Part shown: positions 60,236 to 64,000 of the stretch, one piece after another
Numbering within the stretch: the stretch's first letter is position 1
Layout: each line of letters begins with the position of its first letter
NCBI GenBank assembly: GCA_045046875.1
Contig: JASFYY010000118.1
Location: forward strand, 9,841-73,840
Reading direction: 5' to 3'
Origin: Verrucomicrobiota bacterium
GTDB lineage: Bacteria > Verrucomicrobiota > Verrucomicrobiia > Verrucomicrobiales > DEV007
DNA length: 64,000 bases
Translations under genes and position numbers: made by a program
Notes under the pieces: model-generated
The model's input: the letters and a program-made list of their open reading frames with translations, nothing else
What the model was told of the DNA's origin: nothing
Database searches by the model: none

Positions 60236-61794
60236 TGCACACGCAGCTTCCAGACGAATTGCCAGCTCCCAAGCGTTCCCTGCTCTGCTTGCTCGCAGGC
60301 GTCTTCATCATTCGTTTGTTGTATGTCTTTTTCTTTCGTCCCCCACTGCTCGGTGACGAATCTTATTACTGGGACTGGGGACGCCGACTGGACTGGGGCT
60401 ACTTCAGCAAACCTCCACTCATTGCCTGGTTGATGGCTCTAGTCAGTTGGCTGGGAGGATCAACCGAACTAAGCCTGCGCATTGCCCCGCTGATCATCGG
60501 CACCGCATCGCTGGCGATGATCTGCTCCTTGGCAAAACAACTCTACGGTCAACAAACCGCCTACCTGACTGCGCTCATCGCTCTCGCCACCCCGGCCAAT
60601 GCCGGACTGAACCTCTTCCTCACCATCGACGCGCCACTGGTATTTTTCTGGACTGCGGCACTCGGGCTTTTCTGGAGCTGGACGGAAAAACAAGGCCCAC
60701 TGCGCCTCATGTTACCTCTAACGATCACCTTAGGACTGGGCATCCTCAGCAAACAAATGATGATGCTCTTCCCGCTGTTTGCGATACTTTTTTTAGCGCT
60801 CAACGCGGACAAACGGTTTTTGTTGCGCAAAACCTCCTTGTGGGTTTGTTTTTTGACAAGCTACCTTTTTCTCACTCCCGTGCTGTTATGGAACCAGTCA
60901 CACGGATGGATCACCCTGAAACACACCCAACACCATTTTGGCGGTAGCGAAGGCTCTCTGTTGCAGAGAATGCCAATGAATGTCCTTGACTTCATCGGCA
61001 AACAAGCTGGCATCCTGTCACCGCTGATCTGGTTCCTACTCGTTCTGGTGATCTTCTTTGCTTTATTTAATTTTAAACATTTTGGCAAACGAGAGCGCTA
61101 CCTGATCATCTTCAGCGGCATGCCAATCGCTTTCATGCACCTGATGTCACTGCGCCAGATCATGCAAGCCAACTGGCCCGCTGTTTACTTCATCGGCGCC
61201 TTCATCCTGCTCGCCGGTTGGCTCAACCGCTCTTTCGAAATCCCCGGCCTGCCGCTGCACTTCCGCCAATGGAAAAAACCCGCCTTGATCACCGGTTACC
61301 TCTGCGTGATCATCGTTTATTCACTGTCACCGGCACTCGAAGCCCTGGGCTACGCCGGACACCGCAAATTGGACCCCTATCGTCGCATGCTCGGTTGGAA
61401 AGAAACCGCCACAGAGCTTCAACAATATCTGGACCAAGTGCCGCACCCGGAAAAAACCTTCGTCATCGCTCTCGGACACCGCTATCACGCCAGCGAGATG
61501 GCTTTTTACCTCCCCAGCCAACCCCGCACTTATCGCTGGGAACCACTCGACCAGATTGCCTCCCAATATGAACTTTGGCCCAACCCCATCGAAGACGGCA
61601 AGGCCACTTGGGACGCCCTCATCCTGCGCCCCGAAGACCACTCCTTGAGGAATAAATTTCGCAAATCCTTTGAATCCGTGGAAAGTGTGGGAAAAGTGGT
61701 GATCAAAGTAAGTCCACTTTATGAAAGGCGCTTTGAAGTATTACTGGGGAAATCCATCAAACATTGGCCCAAAGGCAAAGCCCTGAATCCGTGA
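60235..61794 (+). CDS. GT-C (ArnT/GT83-like) polyprenyl-phosphate-sugar transferase
   Basis: [41 protein letters not shown]; multi-TM. Confidence 0.88.
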   Translation: MHTQLPDELPAPKRSLLCLLAGVFIIRLLYVFFFRPPLLGDESYYWDWGRRLDWGYFSKPPLIAWLMALVSWLGGSTELSLRIAPLIIGTASLAMICSLAKQLYGQQTAYLTALIALATPANAGLNLFLTIDAPLVFFWTAALGLFWSWTEKQGPLRLMLPLTITLGLGILSKQMMMLFPLFAILFLALNADKRFLLRKTSLWVCFLTSYLFLTPVLLWNQSHGWITLKHTQHHFGGSEGSLLQRMPMNVLDFIGKQAGILSPLIWFLLVLVIFFALFNFKHFGKRERYLIIFSGMPIAFMHLMSLRQIMQANWPAVYFIGAFILLAGWLNRSFEIPGLPLHFRQWKKPALITGYLCVIIVYSLSPALEALGYAGHRKLDPYRRMLGWKETATELQQYLDQVPHPEKTFVIALGHRYHASEMAFYLPSQPRTYRWEPLDQIASQYELWPNPIEDGKATWDALILRPEDHSLRNKFRKSFESVESVGKVVIKVSPLYERRFEVLLGKSIKHWPKGKALNP

Positions 61795-61831
61795 GTATTT
61801 CAAATCTCAAATTTCAAATTCTTCATCTCAA

Positions 61832-62662
61832 GTGAGCGCTGCCAATTTCCAATCACCCTTTCCCAAGTCCAGCGGCCTGCGACCCCGCAGTGGCTCAGAC
61901 AATGATTCTCCGGATACCGTCACCCCCCGGGTTTCGGTCATTGTTCCTTTTTACAACGAAGAAGAGTGTGTCGAAAGCGTATTGGCTGAGATCATCGAAT
62001 GCCAACCTCATGCTGAAATCATCGCCATCGATGACGGTAGTTCGGATTCTACCTGGGACAAAATCCTCTCCTTCAAAAAAAGCGCCAATCATTTCTCCCC
62101 CATTCGACTCACCCAAAACCGCGGACAAAGCGCTGCCGTGTATGCGGGTCTACGAGCCGCGGTCGGTGACATCACCGTATTGATGGACGGAGACGGGCAA
62201 AACGACCCCGCTGATATTGATCAACTGGTCGCCGAACTGTCATCCAGTGATGCCGATGTGGTCTGCGGACGCCGAGCCAAACGACAGGACACCTGGAGCC
62301 GCCGCACCGCTTCCAAAATCGCCAACAGCATTCGCCGCATGGTCGTCCACGACGGCATCAGTGATACCGGATGTTCGCTCAAAGCATTTCCCAAAGATTG
62401 TGTCGAGCTGTTGGTGCCCTTCAACGGCATGCATCGTTTTCTGCCCGCCGTCTTCACCCATGCCGGACTCAAGCTGATCGAAGTCGATGTCAATCACCGT
62501 GCGCGCACCGCCGGTGACTCCAAATACACCAACTGGGATCGTGCCCTGCGGGGAATTTATGACTTGTTCGGCATCCGTTGGCTGCTGAACCGAAAAATTA
62601 TTTTTCCTGAGCTGACTCAGAATTCGGATCAGAGCCCGTCTCGGATCGGCGACCATAAATAA
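61832..62662 (+). CDS. GT2 polyprenyl-phosphate sugar synthase (DPM1/RgtE-like)
   Basis: [57 protein letters not shown]. Confidence 0.9.
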   Translation: MSAANFQSPFPKSSGLRPRSGSDNDSPDTVTPRVSVIVPFYNEEECVESVLAEIIECQPHAEIIAIDDGSSDSTWDKILSFKKSANHFSPIRLTQNRGQSAAVYAGLRAAVGDITVLMDGDGQNDPADIDQLVAELSSSDADVVCGRRAKRQDTWSRRTASKIANSIRRMVVHDGISDTGCSLKAFPKDCVELLVPFNGMHRFLPAVFTHAGLKLIEVDVNHRARTAGDSKYTNWDRALRGIYDLFGIRWLLNRKIIFPELTQNSDQSPSRIGDHK

Positions 62663-63224
62663 ACCACAGGTTACGCACATAGATCAGCCAACCGGTAGCC
62701 TGCCCCAGCAAGCCCACGATCTCCACCCGCCAGATGAAGTAGATCATCAACATCGATGATCCGAGCAAACTCATCCACCAAAAGGCCGGTGGCACCACCG
62801 ACGTTTTGACCCGTTCGCTTGCCAGCCATTGAACGATCATTCGCCCCATAAACACCGTCTGCCCCAAGAGGCCAAACAACACCCATAACAAACCCGTCCA
62901 GGCCGTGATATCAAACAGCCGGAACAGTAAAGGCTGCCCCGAATCGCTGCGCTGACGTTTATTAAGCTCCTTCAGAAACTCATCACCACTCAATGACAAG
63001 GCTTCCTTCCCGCCTCCAGCTCCAAACACCACCGACAACTCCCCTTCATCACCCGTCTCAACGATTTCCAAAGAAGCCAAACGGTCCGACAAGTTAAAAG
63101 GAGGCAGCAAAGGCTGCCCCGGCTTAGGCACCATACCGGCGAAATACAATCCCGCCCATAACAGCGCCGGCAGCGCCAAGCAGGCCACAATGGCCAAAAT
63201 TAAAGATTTTCTATTAACACGCAT
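62598..63224 (-). CDS. Lipid A biosynthesis N-terminal domain (LAB_N, RgtF-like) protein
   Basis: [40 protein letters not shown]...GQ..G..IYVRNL. Confidence 0.88.
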   Translation of the reverse strand: MRVNRKSLILAIVACLALPALLWAGLYFAGMVPKPGQPLLPPFNLSDRLASLEIVETGDEGELSVVFGAGGGKEALSLSGDEFLKELNKRQRSDSGQPLLFRLFDITAWTGLLWVLFGLLGQTVFMGRMIVQWLASERVKTSVVPPAFWWMSLLGSSMLMIYFIWRVEIVGLLGQATGWLIYVRNLWFIYGRRSETGSDPNSESAQEK

Positions 63225-63390
63225 AAATAATAAAGCTGCTAATCAAGCAGCAACAAACAACCGACTGGCTGGAATCAATACCATAATCGCCCAAGCCAAA
63301 AAACAAGGGGACTATCCGGCAAAGCCCGGCCTATCGCAACTCAATCACAAAACAATCCTGCCACCCGTCCAAACTCATCACTTTCAATCC

Positions 63391-64000
63391 CTACGCCTTT
63401 TTACTTCGTGCCACCACATTCGCTCCCAAATCCCGCAATACCCGCAATTCCCCCCACTGCGCCCCACGCATCTTCCTCCCCCCGTCCTTGCGGCGCTCTC
63501 CAAAACACTGCCGCCGCCCCGCAAAAAACTCGTCCACAAATCCCTGACTCCCCAACACCGCCCCATCCGTGAAATACCGCACCCGACAGCGCAAAGCCGC
63601 CGCCAATGGCAATTTCCCACCCGCCTGCAGCACCGTCTCAATCTCCTCTGGCGTAAACCCAGCCTTGCGCCGATCCACTCCATCCACAGTAACTCCGCCC
63701 AAGCGCTCCTCCCCCGTCCCATACAACAAACACCGATATTCCGCCTCCACCGTCCGCCACGCCACCCGCTGCCTCCCCATCACCGCAAAAGTCAACGCCT
63801 GACGCGCCCCCTTCACCCCAGCCACCGCCGCCGCATACGAACACCAACGATAGTCCTCCGGCGCCTTCACAATACCCGCCCGAACCGGATTCAAATCAAT
63901 GTACGCCGCCACCGTCCTCACCGCGTCCCCGCTCTCCAGCAGCACGCTCCTAAAACGCCCATTCCACAAGGCCCCTTCCCGATCATTCATCTTGTTATAA
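63391..64000 (-). mobile_element. REP-associated tyrosine (Y1/RAYT-type) transposase, 5'-truncated by window edge
   Basis: REGALWNGRFRSVLLE...AYIDLNPVRAGIVKAPEDYRWCSY; C-terminal LRCRVRYFTDGAVLGS. Confidence 0.85.

Noticed and set aside
63225..63390. REP palindromes flanking the RAYT gene
   Set aside because: No clear GTAG-palindrome units on this side, and the other flank lies outside the window.

Overview
This is a 64-kb bacterial chromosome segment. The gene content points to the PVC superphylum, most likely Verrucomicrobiota (inference from DUF1549/DUF1553+DUF1501 and DUF1592+DUF1552 pairs, a PVC-type CxxCH heme protein, ThuA-like, PQQ-propeller and RAYT-type genes). Most of the window is ordinary: secreted cytochrome/propeller proteins, ECF sigma/anti-sigma/HtrA-like, folB, DciA, ferredoxin, thiG, rodA, PPi-PFK, MurU/AmgK-like, glgE, a lipid A glycosylation-like trio, tRNA-Val(CAC) and a truncated RAYT transposase. 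The standout is a ~5.4-kb minus-strand defence operon at 39629-45019 with four linked features. (1) A nuclease-N6-methyltransferase (RM) gene with no HsdR motor. (2) Its end carries a G_GGA_AAA slippery heptamer one codon before the stop, which would shift -1 into the next gene. (3) That next gene is a two-TRD HsdS-like specificity subunit fused in frame to an AbiEi/DUF6577-like antitoxin domain, followed 3 nt later by an AbiEii nucleotidyltransferase toxin. (4) A perfect 16-bp inverted repeat lies upstream of the operon. The architecture suggests a restriction enzyme carrying its own antitoxin as a 'guard', with frameshift-set subunit stoichiometry; this model is inference. All family assignments come from motif recognition by eye; no database searches were run.
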